Counted from the first letter of the stretch, positions 45,345-55,700 are shown. The stretch is 64,000 nucleotides of DNA from Armatimonadota bacterium (GCA_041690135.1 JAWLHY010000001.1:1284865-1348864); one strand, 5' to 3'. Notes: generated by a model from the sequence alone, not told the origin. Numbers and translations are program-made.

Positions 45345-47924
45345 CTAGAGCGGGATAAAGCCCCGGCCCGAGAGGTTGACCTTCACGGATGATCGCTTCT
45401 TGTCGCTGCACTCGATGATCATCGTGTGGTTCATCGGCCCGATTACGTCCGGCTTGAACTGGATTGTGACCCACTGATAAGAACGCGGAGGCATGATGTA
45501 GCTGCCGCCGCCGTCCGCAACCGTGAACGGCGGCGGACAGGGCTGGATCTTCACCGCCAGCGGCGTCTTGGCGACGTTCATAATCCGGATGCGCTTGCTG
45601 ATGACGAAGCCAACGGGTGTCTTCGGGAAGACCAGCTTCTTGCCGACCTTGATCGTGCCGCTGGCCACGATCGGGGCCTCGTCCGTAACCTTCACCAGGA
45701 AGGCGTCGCTGACACCCCCACCGTAACCCGGTTGGATGGTGCCACTGGTGCCGGGGAACGTTGCGCCAAGCGTGGTTCCCGCGATGTATACGTCACCCTC
45801 GCCGTTGACGGCAATGGCGTTGCCGTAGTCCTGATCGTTGCTGCCGAAGTAACCCGAATAGATCAGGTTGCTCGCGGTGCTGTCCAGCTTCGTGACGAAG
45901 GCGTCGAAGAGACCGCCGAAGTGCTTCTGCATCGCCCGCGTGGTGGGGAAGTTCACCGAGCTGGTGTATCCCGTTACGTAGGCAATACCATTCGGCCCCA
46001 CTGCGATCGCCTGTCCGAAGTCGTCGCCGCTGCCCCCCAGGTAGGTGGAGTACACCAACTGGAAGCCGGCCGCATCGATTTTGGTGACGAAGGCGTCAGC
46101 CTTTCCGTACGGCGTTCCCCGGTAGGGCCGCGGCTCCTTCTTGCTGATCGGGAAGTTGTTCGACTTGGTGTACCCGGTTACGTACGCGTTGCCGACCTCA
46201 TCCGCTGCCACATCCAGAGCTTTGTCGTCGTTAACGCCGCCCAGGTAGGTGGACCAGACGAACTTCTGGCCGCTCGGCACCATCTTTGCGACCCAGCCGT
46301 CGCTGTGGTCGGGACGCTTGCTCCGGTTGACCCGCTGTAGATTGTTGAACACCGGGAAGGTGTACTTTGAGTTCGTGCCGCCGCAGATGTAGACGAAACC
46401 CTGCGAGTCGACGTCGATCCCGTAACCAACGTCAGTGCCCTCGCCGAAGTCGGTATTTCCACCGTAATTCTCCGGTCCACCTCCCAGGAAGGTGGAGAAG
46501 GAGATCTGTCCGAGGACATCGAGTCCCGTGACAAATGCGTCCGTTGGGCCGCCGCCGTAAAGACCCTGAATCGGGCTCACGGTCCAGAACTCACCTCCGG
46601 TGGTGCTACCGGTGATGTAGGCATTGCCGGCCGGATCTACCGCGATGGCGTATGCGATGTCTTCCTGCGGAATCACCTTCGGCGGCGCGTAGTTGCCCAC
46701 GTAGGTGGAGTAGAAGATCCCGGACCCATCGACCGTAAGACGGGTGACGAAGGCATCGGCCGCACCCCCGCCGTAGATCGGCTGAGCCGGCTCGGTACCG
46801 GGCGGGCTGGCGATCGGGAAATCTTGCGAATTGGTAGCCCCACACACGTAAGGGCGACCCGCCATGTCGACCGCTACGTCATTGCCGTAGTCCTGGCCCG
46901 TGCCGCCAATGTAGGTCGAGTAAACGAGTTCCGTGCCTTCTTCGTTGATCTTGCAGACGTAGGCGTCCGTCAGGCCCGCGTTGTTCGTCTGGAAGGCCCC
47001 TGCGGTCGTCGGAAAGTCAACGGAGTCCGTGGACCCGGAGACGTAGACAAACCCTTCCGGATCCAGTGCCAGGCCATTCCCCTGATCCAGTCCGGACCCG
47101 CCCAGGTAGGTCCCCCAGAGGAGGACCGGGTCAATCACGAGAGGCTTGGACTTATCGTATTCAGCGATCTGGAAACCGACTTTGCCGTTATCAGCCAGGG
47201 TGTAAGCCGAGTCGATGTGAAGGCGCGCCCCTTCGATTTCCTGGTAGACCAGCGGCTTCTGCAGTCCGAGCGAGCCGGAAGGGGTCTCTACCGAGAGATT
47301 GCCGCTGCCATCGACCGACACGGACTTGGCACCGGCGAACTCGAGTTGGACCTGGTTGGGATCGGCTCCCGGTGCAACTACGAAGTCATGCTCCAACTGG
47401 CGCTGATTGCCGTAGTACACCACATCCACGCCTTGATAGACGTCCTCGAACCGCACGCGCTCGAAGTGGGGCACGTTGCGAATCCAACTGGAGTCGTTGC
47501 GTCCGCGCAGGTAGTGGCTTACTCCGCGCTGACGCCGCTCCGCCCGGCCCTTAGCGGATGGGTCCGCTCCCACCAGGCGCATCGTTACCGAGGCGCGTTC
47601 CGGCTCCGTTAACAGGCCCGCGCGACCATTTACCCGCTCGGTGAGCTTCCCTTCCCGTTGCCGGCGAAGTTTGATCTCGGCTTCTGCGGGGCGCAGGAGT
47701 ACGTTGTACCCGTTGCCGCGGGCGAGGAATTTCACCCGGGTATCGGTCTGTCCGTGGTTCGCCTCAAAGCTAAGGGGCAGCCGGGAGTACGCCCGGGCGA
47801 TGTCCTGTAGAGGCGCTTGGCCTTTCGGCTCTATTACGGGGTTGGTGCCAGCCGCCCCGGCGCCCAGGAGAGCCATGGCCGCCACCATCGTACCACCGAG
47901 CCAGCGCGGCATGTTCTTGTTCAT
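45345..47924 (-). CDS. Large secreted SBBP beta-propeller-repeat protein
   Basis: Signal peptide MNKNMPRWLGGTMVAAMALLGAGAAG. Many YVTGyTxSxNFPxT repeats. Alternative starts at 47912 and 47939. Confidence 0.85.
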   Translation of the reverse strand: MNKNMPRWLGGTMVAAMALLGAGAAGTNPVIEPKGQAPLQDIARAYSRLPLSFEANHGQTDTRVKFLARGNGYNVLLRPAEAEIKLRRQREGKLTERVNGRAGLLTEPERASVTMRLVGADPSAKGRAERRQRGVSHYLRGRNDSSWIRNVPHFERVRFEDVYQGVDVVYYGNQRQLEHDFVVAPGADPNQVQLEFAGAKSVSVDGSGNLSVETPSGSLGLQKPLVYQEIEGARLHIDSAYTLADNGKVGFQIAEYDKSKPLVIDPVLLWGTYLGGSGLDQGNGLALDPEGFVYVSGSTDSVDFPTTAGAFQTNNAGLTDAYVCKINEEGTELVYSTYIGGTGQDYGNDVAVDMAGRPYVCGATNSQDFPIASPPGTEPAQPIYGGGAADAFVTRLTVDGSGIFYSTYVGNYAPPKVIPQEDIAYAIAVDPAGNAYITGSTTGGEFWTVSPIQGLYGGGPTDAFVTGLDVLGQISFSTFLGGGPENYGGNTDFGEGTDVGYGIDVDSQGFVYICGGTNSKYTFPVFNNLQRVNRSKRPDHSDGWVAKMVPSGQKFVWSTYLGGVNDDKALDVAADEVGNAYVTGYTKSNNFPISKKEPRPYRGTPYGKADAFVTKIDAAGFQLVYSTYLGGSGDDFGQAIAVGPNGIAYVTGYTSSVNFPTTRAMQKHFGGLFDAFVTKLDSTASNLIYSGYFGSNDQDYGNAIAVNGEGDVYIAGTTLGATFPGTSGTIQPGYGGGVSDAFLVKVTDEAPIVASGTIKVGKKLVFPKTPVGFVISKRIRIMNVAKTPLAVKIQPCPPPFTVADGGGSYIMPPRSYQWVTIQFKPDVIGPMNHTMIIECSDKKRSSVKVNLSGRGFIPL

Positions 47925-48137
47925 CCTCGTGCTACTCATCCTGATCAGCCATCCTCTGCGCCGCGCGACGACCGGAGCGGACTCCAACGAGCCGGTCCGC
48001 TTCCTCACTGGCCTCTGCCGCGCCGCTGCCTACAGCCAACAGCTTGATTGCTGTCGCAGCGCCTAAATGACCTCTTATCACTTTATTAATCGGTCAGTCC
48101 CTTTCCTGCTTAGGAACCGTTTTCTCTTGTTTTTCGC

Positions 48138-49049
48138 TTACGCGTCCGCCACCAGTGTGTTCCGAAGCACACCGATGTTCTCGATCTCCACCTCCACGGT
48201 GTCGCCCGGCTGGAGAAAACTCCCCCGTGCGCTTCCCACCCCACCGGGAGTTCCCGTGGAAATCAGGTCTCCCGGCTCCAGGGTAACGACACGGCTGATG
48301 AACGCGACGATCTCCGGGACAGTGAAGATCATGTCTCCGGTGCTGGCACTCTGACGGATCTCGCCGTTCACCCTTGTTCGCAGCGCGAGGGCGTGCGGGT
48401 CCTCGATTTCGTCGCGGGTTACCAACCACGGTCCGCAAGGGGCACTGGTATCGAACCACTTCCCCACTAGCCAGTCGAAGAATTTGTCTCGCTCCCGGTC
48501 CACCCGCGGAGGCTCCTTGGAAGCCAGGCTGCGCTCCGAGATGTCGTTCAGGACCGTATAACCCGCCACGTACCGGTATGCCTGCTCGACGGGGATCTCT
48601 TTGCCGCGCTGACCGATGACGATGACGAACTCCCCTTCGTAGTCCAGCTTTCGGCCGATCTTCGGGTAGCGGATCTCCTCATGGGCGCCGATCAGCGTGG
48701 TGCTGGGCGGCTTCATAAAGAAATAGGGGTAAGTCAAGTCCTTCTCGTGGGTGGGCCGTCCCCCCTCTCGCACGTGCTCCTGATAGTTTCCGGCGAGGGC
48801 CAGCAGTTTTCGTGCCTGCGGTACCGGTGGCTTCAACTCAACGGTGCTGAGCGGCCGGAGTTGCCCGGCCAGCGATTCTCCTCGTTCGGCGCGTTCCACC
48901 GCCGACATCACGGCGGACATTCCTAACTCCCCGGCTTCCAGGAATGCGAGGGCGGTCGGGTAGACGTTGGTGAGATCGAGAACCCTTTCTCCGGAGAGAA
49001 GGGCGCCGAGTCGCAATTGGCCGTCAATAGAAAAAGAGAGTACGCGCAT
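48138..49049 (-). CDS. Fumarylacetoacetate hydrolase (FAH) family protein
   Basis: DYEGEFVIVIG and GDLISTGTPGGVG motifs. Confidence 0.9.
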   Translation of the reverse strand: MRVLSFSIDGQLRLGALLSGERVLDLTNVYPTALAFLEAGELGMSAVMSAVERAERGESLAGQLRPLSTVELKPPVPQARKLLALAGNYQEHVREGGRPTHEKDLTYPYFFMKPPSTTLIGAHEEIRYPKIGRKLDYEGEFVIVIGQRGKEIPVEQAYRYVAGYTVLNDISERSLASKEPPRVDRERDKFFDWLVGKWFDTSAPCGPWLVTRDEIEDPHALALRTRVNGEIRQSASTGDMIFTVPEIVAFISRVVTLEPGDLISTGTPGGVGSARGSFLQPGDTVEVEIENIGVLRNTLVADA

Positions 49050-49204
49050 GGAGTTCCCTTTTCAGTCTCAGCGGGTTGGGAACCGGCACTGCCGCTCGCA
49101 CGACCCACAGTAGATATGCCGGTGCCCTACCAAGCATGCATTAAACTTCCGTAGTACGGCCCATCCCGAGATCGGGAGAATCTCTCCTGATTTCCGCAAT
49201 GGTG

Positions 49205-50281
49205 TCATCCGATCGATGGATTCCAGCCAATTCCAGGCTGGTCCGCCGACACAAGAAGGCGATCATTTTCCTGGGCGAAGGGTAGCCCCGCCGGTTCAAG
49301 ACCGATAAGAGCGTGGGAGTCCAGATCCACGAAAGTGAAGGCGCCCGTGCCACACGCCAGGTGGAGGCCGCCGGCGACTCCGAGGAGGCTCTCCAGCATG
49401 CAGCCGATCATCAACTGAAGACCGGCGGCCCGCGCCACGGCGACGATTTCAAGGGCTCCCAGAAGACCGGCCTTGGCGACCTTGATGTTGATCCCGTGTG
49501 CCGCCCGCTCAGCGGCGAGACGGACGGCCGCGCTGGCGTCGATCACCGCTTCATCGGCAATCACCGGCACGGAGCTGTCGCGGGTTACCTCTGCCAGTCC
49601 TTCCCAGTCCTCGCAGGGAACGGGCTGTTCCAGCATTTCGACGGGAACGGAGTGCCGCTCGCACTGCCGAAGGAAGGCGAGGGCCTCAACGGCGGTGAAG
49701 GCCTGGTTGGCATCCAACCGGATGGCCGCGGAAGGGGCGGAGTGCGCTACGGAGAGGACTCGCCGGAGGTCCTCATCGCGATCGGGGCCCCCCACCTTGA
49801 TTTTTAAGGAGCGATAGCCCCGTTCGGCCGCTGCGCGAGCCAGGTTTCCGGATTCCTCGACCGTGCTGATGGGGATCGTGATATCGGTGCGCACCTCCGC
49901 GACAGCGCCGCCGAAGTAAACCCACAGGGGAACTCCCCAGGTCTGGGACAGGCCGTCCAACAGGGCCATTTCCACGGCACTGCGTGCTGTCGGGTCGGCG
50001 GGCAGGCACTCCAGGAGCATAGCGCCCCAGCGGGAAACGCGTCGAAGGTCGGCGCCGGAGAGGGCCTCCGCGGCTCTACTTACCGCCGCCGTTACCGTTT
50101 CCGGCGTCTCTCCGGTAACATAGGCGGCGGGGGACGCTTCTCCCCAGCCGGTAATGCCGTTCGAGAAAGCAGCTTCTACGCGTACGTTTTCGGCCTCCGT
50201 CGACCGGCGCTTGGCGCTTTCGAACGGGCTCTTCATCGGCAGCACCGTAAGGTGTGCCCGTATCTCCAGGATTTCGACCAT
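49205..50281 (-). CDS. Mandelate racemase/muconate lactonizing enzyme family protein (L-Ala-D/L-Glu epimerase-like)
   Basis: MVEILEIRAHLTVLPMKSPF N-terminus aligns from residue 1 with dipeptide epimerases. Enolase-superfamily body. GGAAGGGA RBS. Confidence 0.85.
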   Translation of the reverse strand: MVEILEIRAHLTVLPMKSPFESAKRRSTEAENVRVEAAFSNGITGWGEASPAAYVTGETPETVTAAVSRAAEALSGADLRRVSRWGAMLLECLPADPTARSAVEMALLDGLSQTWGVPLWVYFGGAVAEVRTDITIPISTVEESGNLARAAAERGYRSLKIKVGGPDRDEDLRRVLSVAHSAPSAAIRLDANQAFTAVEALAFLRQCERHSVPVEMLEQPVPCEDWEGLAEVTRDSSVPVIADEAVIDASAAVRLAAERAAHGINIKVAKAGLLGALEIVAVARAAGLQLMIGCMLESLLGVAGGLHLACGTGAFTFVDLDSHALIGLEPAGLPFAQENDRLLVSADQPGIGWNPSIG

Positions 50282-51770
50282 GCATCCCTTCCAATCTCTC
50301 TCCCGTCGCGGCTTCCTGCCCCGACCGCTTCTCTTGGGGCTCGTTGCGCTCACGGCGCCGGTGCTCGCGGCCCAGGAGTCCGAAGCCGGCGCGCGAATGG
50401 CCCTCGAACAGCGGATCGATGCGGCGGTGCAGGCGTTGGGACCCCATGCCACTTCGGCTGTGCGAGTCGTTTCGCTCGACACGGGTGAGGTTCTTTACGA
50501 GCGCAACGCGGATCTGTCGCTCAACCCCGCTTCCAATATGAAGCTTCTCACGTCCGCGGCGGCTCTGGGTATTCTGGGACCCAATTACCGGTTTCAAACG
50601 CGCGTTGCGTTGCGCGGTCGTCTCGCCGGCGGCCGGCTCAAAGGGGACCTTGCCCTTATCGGCGGCGGCGACCCAGTGCTGGAGACTGAGGACCTCGCCG
50701 CGCTGGCCGATGCGGTCCGGAAGGCCGGCATCCGGCGGGTAGAGGGAAGGCTGGTCGTGGATGAGAGCCGGTACGACGCAGAGCGCCTGGGAATCGGCTG
50801 GCAGTCCGATGACGAGCCCTATTACTACAGCGCGCAGATCAGCGGCCTGAGCGTGAACCGCAACGTGTTGACGGTCCAGGTGCGACCCGGCAAAAAGGCG
50901 GGGCAGCCGCCCGTGATCGAGCTGGCGCCGGTGCCGGGTCACCTTAAGGTAACATCCAGTCTCACTACCGTCGCGGCTGGAGCCGGTACGGATGTCGATA
51001 TCACCCGCCGCCGCGGTCATAACGAGCTCCTCATCTCGGGCCGGATCGCGGTGGACAGCGGTCCGGTTCGGGAGACGGCGGTGACGATGGAGGAGCCGGC
51101 GCTCTTCACCGGGGCGCTCTTCCGCCGGCTGCTGGCCGCTCGCGGGGTGGTGGTTGAGGGTTCCACGGTGCGGGGCAAAACGGGAGCGGAATGGCGGCAG
51201 GTCGCTCGTCGCGACTCCCCTCCCCTTTCGGAGATCGTGGTAGCCCTGAACAAGCCCAGCGATAATCTGGTCGCCGAGATGCTGTTGAAGGAGCTGGGAT
51301 ATCAACGGAAGCAGCCCGGTGACGCGACAACGGGTTCTACCGTGGTCGAAGAGTGGCTGAAGGGATTGGGAATTGCTGTTTCCGGGGTGCGTGTGAACGA
51401 CGGCAGTGGATTGAGCCGGATGGACCTCGTAACCGCGCGCGCGATCAGCGACCTCCTGGTAAAGGCCGATAAGCAAGCGTGGCGTGAGATCTTCATTCAC
51501 TCCCTGCCAGTGGCGGGGGTGGACGGGACCTTGCGCCGCCGGCTGAAGGATACTCCGGCGGAAGGCAATCTCCGCGCCAAAACGGGGACATTGAGCCACG
51601 TAACGGCGCTGGGAGGATATGTCACCACCGCTGGCAAGGAGCGGTTGGCATTCAGCATCCTGATCAACAACTATCCGGGTCCGGCCAGCGGTCCGGAGGG
51701 CTCCAAGCGCATTGAGGACCGAATTGCGGTCACTCTCGCGGAGTGGGAGCGACCGAAGCCCGCGAATTAG
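50280..51770 (+). CDS. dacB: D-alanyl-D-alanine carboxypeptidase/endopeptidase (PBP4, peptidase S13)
   Basis: Signal peptide MHPFQSLSRRGFLPRPLLLGLVALTAPVLAAQ. SNMK, SDN and KTG active-site motifs. Confidence 0.88.
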   Translation: MHPFQSLSRRGFLPRPLLLGLVALTAPVLAAQESEAGARMALEQRIDAAVQALGPHATSAVRVVSLDTGEVLYERNADLSLNPASNMKLLTSAAALGILGPNYRFQTRVALRGRLAGGRLKGDLALIGGGDPVLETEDLAALADAVRKAGIRRVEGRLVVDESRYDAERLGIGWQSDDEPYYYSAQISGLSVNRNVLTVQVRPGKKAGQPPVIELAPVPGHLKVTSSLTTVAAGAGTDVDITRRRGHNELLISGRIAVDSGPVRETAVTMEEPALFTGALFRRLLAARGVVVEGSTVRGKTGAEWRQVARRDSPPLSEIVVALNKPSDNLVAEMLLKELGYQRKQPGDATTGSTVVEEWLKGLGIAVSGVRVNDGSGLSRMDLVTARAISDLLVKADKQAWREIFIHSLPVAGVDGTLRRRLKDTPAEGNLRAKTGTLSHVTALGGYVTTAGKERLAFSILINNYPGPASGPEGSKRIEDRIAVTLAEWERPKPAN

Positions 51771-51911
51771 GGCGAACCGGTTTGTTCGGGCGTGGGTCAT
51801 GGCAACAGACACAGGAAGTTCCATCCGGACGGTCCGTTTGTGGGCGAGGGGCCGGGGGGAGAAATATGGGGCGGCTCGCGATAGCACGCGGAGCGCCCGA
51901 GGAGCGATGTC

Positions 51912-52859
51912 ATGCCACGCGCAATTCATTGGGTTGCAGGGCTCCTGCTGACGGGGGTGGTGCTCGGAAAGGCCGGTGCAGCTGAGATCCGGCCGGTCCC
52001 GGTCTACGTGAATGGGGGACGTCTCAGCTCGGACGCCCTGATGGTGACGGAAGCCGGGCGTACGGTCCTGCCGATGCGGGCGCTGTTTACCTCGCTGGGT
52101 GCCCGGGTCGAGTGGGACGCCCGCGAGCGCGCCGTTTACGCGTGGACACCCGACGGAAGCGGCGTCCGGTTTGAAGTCGGCGAGCGCCAGGCCCAGATCA
52201 TGGAAATGGCGGATCGTCCCCAAGCCGGCGACTGGGGGAAAGTCGTGGGTCGTCGCACGCTGGACGTGCCGGCCCTGGTCGTGCAGGACCGCGTCTACAT
52301 TCCGATCCGGGCCGCCGGCGAGTCGTTGAATGCGGACGTCCGCTGGGTGGCCAGCACTCCGGCCGTGTACATCGCCACGGGTGCCGTGGCGGGAACGCGC
52401 GAGGAGACCCCTCTCGAAGTGGACCCGGCACCCGAGAACGACCGGCCCGCCCGGCCGGCCGCCACGGCTGCCCAGATTGCCCAGGCGCTGGACGTTCGTC
52501 TGGTGATCGGTGAACAGGTTTTCCCGCGCGGCGAAACGGTGCCCCTCCAACTGGTGGTGACTAACCAGAGTCAGCGACCGGTGGTGGTGCCCTTCGGTTC
52601 CGGACAGCAGTTCGATTTTGAGGTAGTACGGAACGGCACGGTGGTCTGGAATTGGGCACGGGACCGGGCCTTCACCCAGGTGTTCAGTACGATGACTCTC
52701 CAGCCGGGCGAACGGATGGTCTATGAGACGAGCTGGGCACAGCGGAACAACCAGGGTAACCGCGTGCGTCCGGGCCTCTACACGGTCCGCGGCGTGGTGA
52801 CTCCCGCTTTCCCCCGGCTTCGTCCCGCCGACGAGAAGCGCATCGAGATCGTCGAGTAG
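51912..52859 (+). CDS. Secreted protein: copper-amine-oxidase-like N-terminal (stalk) domain + BsuPI-like intracellular proteinase inhibitor domain
   Basis: Signal peptide, then VYVNGGRLSSD..GRTVLPMRALFTSLGARVEWD (CAO-N-like). C-terminal FDFEVVRNGTVVWNW...TLQPGERMVYETSW is BsuPI-like. Confidence 0.7.
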   Translation: MPRAIHWVAGLLLTGVVLGKAGAAEIRPVPVYVNGGRLSSDALMVTEAGRTVLPMRALFTSLGARVEWDARERAVYAWTPDGSGVRFEVGERQAQIMEMADRPQAGDWGKVVGRRTLDVPALVVQDRVYIPIRAAGESLNADVRWVASTPAVYIATGAVAGTREETPLEVDPAPENDRPARPAATAAQIAQALDVRLVIGEQVFPRGETVPLQLVVTNQSQRPVVVPFGSGQQFDFEVVRNGTVVWNWARDRAFTQVFSTMTLQPGERMVYETSWAQRNNQGNRVRPGLYTVRGVVTPAFPRLRPADEKRIEIVE

Positions 52860-52875
52860 CTGTTACAATGACGGC

Positions 52876-54633
52876 GTGAACTACGACAGCTTTTGCATGG
52901 CAGCCGCGGCCGAGGAACTCCACCGGGAGTTCCTCGGCGCTTTCGTGGACCGCGTCCACCAGCCCGACGAGTTGCTCGTCGTTCTCGCGTTCTCCGGACG
53001 CGGCGCCCGGCGGCACTGGCTGCTGTCCTGTGACGCTCGCTGGCCCCGATCCCACGAGACCCGGCGCCGGCGCAATAACCCTCCCAACCCGCCCGCCTTT
53101 TGCATGCTGTTGCGGAAGTACCTGGAGGGCAGCCGGCTTGTGGAAGTGGAGCAGGTGCGGTTCGACCGGATTCTGCGCCTGACCTTTCGCAGGGGCGATG
53201 AAACCTGCATCCTCGTGCATGAGGTGATGGGTCGGCACAGCAATTTGTTGCTGCTGGGGGCCGACCAGAAAATCCTGGGCGCCGTCAAACTGGTCTCCCC
53301 CGACCAGACCCGGGTGCGGCCGGTGGCGCCGGGCCTGGCCTACCACGAGCCTCCCGGCGAGCGACCCGACCCTCGGGGGCTGAGCCGAATGGATCTGGAA
53401 GTGCTGTTCCGCGAGCAGGAAGTTCGCACTCCCGAACGGCTGACCCGGAGCTTAAGTGGCTGGGGAACCTTTCCCGCGCGCGAGGTATTCCTGGAAGTAG
53501 AAGCACGGATGGCCGGCGATCGTGCCGAACCGGACCTCCAAGACCTCCCAAACCCACCCGACGTGGCAGCTTCCCTGGCGGAGAGCGTTCACCGCCGCAT
53601 GGAGCGGGTCCGGCAGGGTAACTTCGCACCTCACGTGTTGCTGGACGAACACGGACGTGCCAGGGGCATTTGGGCGTTCGCTTCGCACCAGCCGGGATGG
53701 ACCGACGGACGGGTATTTCCGGGGATCTCAGCCGCCTGCGATGCGTATTTTGCCGAACTCGAAGAGACCCACGCGCGCGAGACGCTGCGGAAATCGCTGG
53801 TAGGCGCCCTGGAAAGGGCCCTGCGAACAACGGAACTCCAGCGGTCCGAAGCGCAGGGCTTTCTCGACCGCCTGGCGCAGAACGAACTACTCCGCATTCA
53901 AGGGGAGCTGGTAGCCGCGCATGCCGGCCAGATCGAACGCGGCGCCGAGCGCGTGGAGCTGCCGAACTGGTATGACCCATCCGGCGGCGCCCTCTCCATC
54001 GCTCTCGATCCGGAGCTAAGTGCGCGGGAGAATGCCGACCGCTTCTTCCAGCGTTACCGTCGCGGTGTGGCTGGTGCGGAAGCGGCGCTGGACCGGGTCC
54101 CGGAACTGGAAGCACGGATTGCCGAACTGGAACGGGAGTTAGCCGAGGCGCAAGTCGCGGAGCATCGCCGGTTGGAAGAACTGTGGGAAGACGCCCGTCG
54201 CCGCGGGCTCTTCCGTGAGGTCTCAACCCGCGGCAAGGACCGCTCCGAGGGCGGCAGTGAGTTTCCGACGGGGGTTCGGGTGAAGCGGTTTACGATGGGC
54301 AACTGGGAGATCGTATGGGGCGAGAACGCCACCTCCAACGACTATCTCACTATGCGCTGGGCGCGTCCCGGCGACTTGTGGCTCCATGCCCGCGCCATCA
54401 CGGGGGCCCATGTAATCGTCCGCGGAGTGGAAACTCTGGATCGTCTCCCGCCGGAAGTGCTGCGCGAAGCCGCGCGTCGAGCGGCGGCACACAGCGAGGG
54501 ACGGCATTCCGCGGTGGTAGCCGTGGACTACACCTTCCGTCGTTACGTCCGTAAGCCGAAAGGGAGCGCACCGGGCGCGGTTACGTACGTTCGCGAGAAG
54601 ACGCTCCACATCGACCCGCGCTCCGGACAATAA
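52876..54633 (+). CDS. rqcH: NFACT-family ribosome quality-control protein (RqcH/FbpA-like; NFACT-N + coiled coil + NFACT-R/DUF814)
   Basis: C-terminal WLHARAITGAHVIVRG...AVDYTFRRYVRKPKG matches DUF814. GTG start. Confidence 0.85.
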   Translation: MNYDSFCMAAAAEELHREFLGAFVDRVHQPDELLVVLAFSGRGARRHWLLSCDARWPRSHETRRRRNNPPNPPAFCMLLRKYLEGSRLVEVEQVRFDRILRLTFRRGDETCILVHEVMGRHSNLLLLGADQKILGAVKLVSPDQTRVRPVAPGLAYHEPPGERPDPRGLSRMDLEVLFREQEVRTPERLTRSLSGWGTFPAREVFLEVEARMAGDRAEPDLQDLPNPPDVAASLAESVHRRMERVRQGNFAPHVLLDEHGRARGIWAFASHQPGWTDGRVFPGISAACDAYFAELEETHARETLRKSLVGALERALRTTELQRSEAQGFLDRLAQNELLRIQGELVAAHAGQIERGAERVELPNWYDPSGGALSIALDPELSARENADRFFQRYRRGVAGAEAALDRVPELEARIAELERELAEAQVAEHRRLEELWEDARRRGLFREVSTRGKDRSEGGSEFPTGVRVKRFTMGNWEIVWGENATSNDYLTMRWARPGDLWLHARAITGAHVIVRGVETLDRLPPEVLREAARRAAAHSEGRHSAVVAVDYTFRRYVRKPKGSAPGAVTYVREKTLHIDPRSGQ

Positions 54634-54638
54634 CCGCT

Positions 54639-55106
54639 TTAGACCTGGTCGCCGCCGCTGCAGTACTTTTGGTGGGCTTCGTGGATCTGATCGATCCGCC
54701 GTTGATGTCGTTCGGCGCCACTGAACGGCTCGTCCACCCAGGCGCGCACGACTTCTAGAGCCGCACCCACTCCGATGACACGCTCCCCCATCGTGAGAAC
54801 GTTCGCGTCATTGTCCTTTCGCGAGGACTTCGCGCTGAAGACGTCGTGACAGGTGACGGCGCGGATGCCCGGTACTTTATTGGCGGCAATACATGGCCCC
54901 AGACCCGAGCCACAAGGGAAGATGCCCAGGTCCGCCTCACCGCGGGCGACGGCCTCGGCGACTTTGAACGTGTACTCCGGATAGTCGACCGGTTGGTCCC
55001 CGTTCGTTCCCAGGTCCAGGACCTCGTGGCCCATCTCCGACAGCAGCTTCTGGATCGCCCGCTTCAGATTGATGCCGGCGTGGTCACTTCCAATTGCGAT
55101 CTTCAC
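54639..55106 (-). CDS. rpiB: Ribose-5-phosphate isomerase B (RpiB/LacAB family)
   Basis: KIAIGSDHAG...CGSGLGPCIAANK motifs. GTG start at VKIAIG preferred over the longer ORF. Confidence 0.88.
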   Translation of the reverse strand: MKIAIGSDHAGINLKRAIQKLLSEMGHEVLDLGTNGDQPVDYPEYTFKVAEAVARGEADLGIFPCGSGLGPCIAANKVPGIRAVTCHDVFSAKSSRKDNDANVLTMGERVIGVGAALEVVRAWVDEPFSGAERHQRRIDQIHEAHQKYCSGGDQV

Positions 55107-55253
55107 CCTCAAATCCCCCGCCCCAGATGGGCACCGGCCCATTATACCTCAAAGGGGGATTGTGGTAGAATTACGCGACGGCGCGGGACGGGTCCCGTGA
55201 CCTTTTCTCCCCTATTCTCCCGGTCGTACGCCGGCAAAGAAGAGCAAGCGTTT

Positions 55254-55685
55254 ATGGCGGCAGGTCATCAGCATCATCTGGAATTCGGCGGCAGCCCGGT
55301 AGGAACCGAGTTCGACGGCTCGCTTCAGTTTCGCCTTGTAGACCGCATTCCACACATTTCAGTTTCCCAGGACTTCACTGAGAAGACGGCCCGCCAGATC
55401 CGGTATGCTCTCGTGGCGACCGTCGGCCCGGAGCGCCCGTTCTACCACCGGTACCACTACGTGGTGCTCGACGTGCGGATGATCGGCGAGTGGGCGGCGG
55501 GCAGCGGTGAGTTTGTAGGCGCCCTGCGCGACCGGATGCGGAACATCGGTGGGGAACTCTTTCTGGTAGCCACAAATCGGGTTCCGGTGCCGGGGGAAGT
55601 GCCGACCTTTCCGAGTGCCGAAGAGGCGATCGCCGCGGCCAAGAAACTCCGGGCGGAGCGTCGTGCCGCCGCACTTGGCCTTTAG
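55254..55685 (+). CDS. STAS-domain-like hypothetical protein
   Basis: AAGAAGAG RBS. YVVLDVRMIGEWAAGSGEFVGALRDRMRNIGGELFLVATN resembles the anti-sigma-antagonist (STAS) core. Confidence 0.5.
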   Translation: MAAGHQHHLEFGGSPVGTEFDGSLQFRLVDRIPHISVSQDFTEKTARQIRYALVATVGPERPFYHRYHYVVLDVRMIGEWAAGSGEFVGALRDRMRNIGGELFLVATNRVPVPGEVPTFPSAEEAIAAAKKLRAERRAAALGL

Positions 55686-55700
55686 CCAGTAGCAGACCCT

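Noticed and set aside
50076-52550. 824-aa ORF on the minus strand
   Set aside because: Antisense to dacB and the CAO-N/BsuPI gene. Low-complexity Arg/Gly/Pro composition. The plus-strand genes have signal peptides and catalytic motifs.
53285-54226. 313-aa minus-strand ORF
   Set aside because: Antisense to rqcH; Pro/Arg/Gly-rich.
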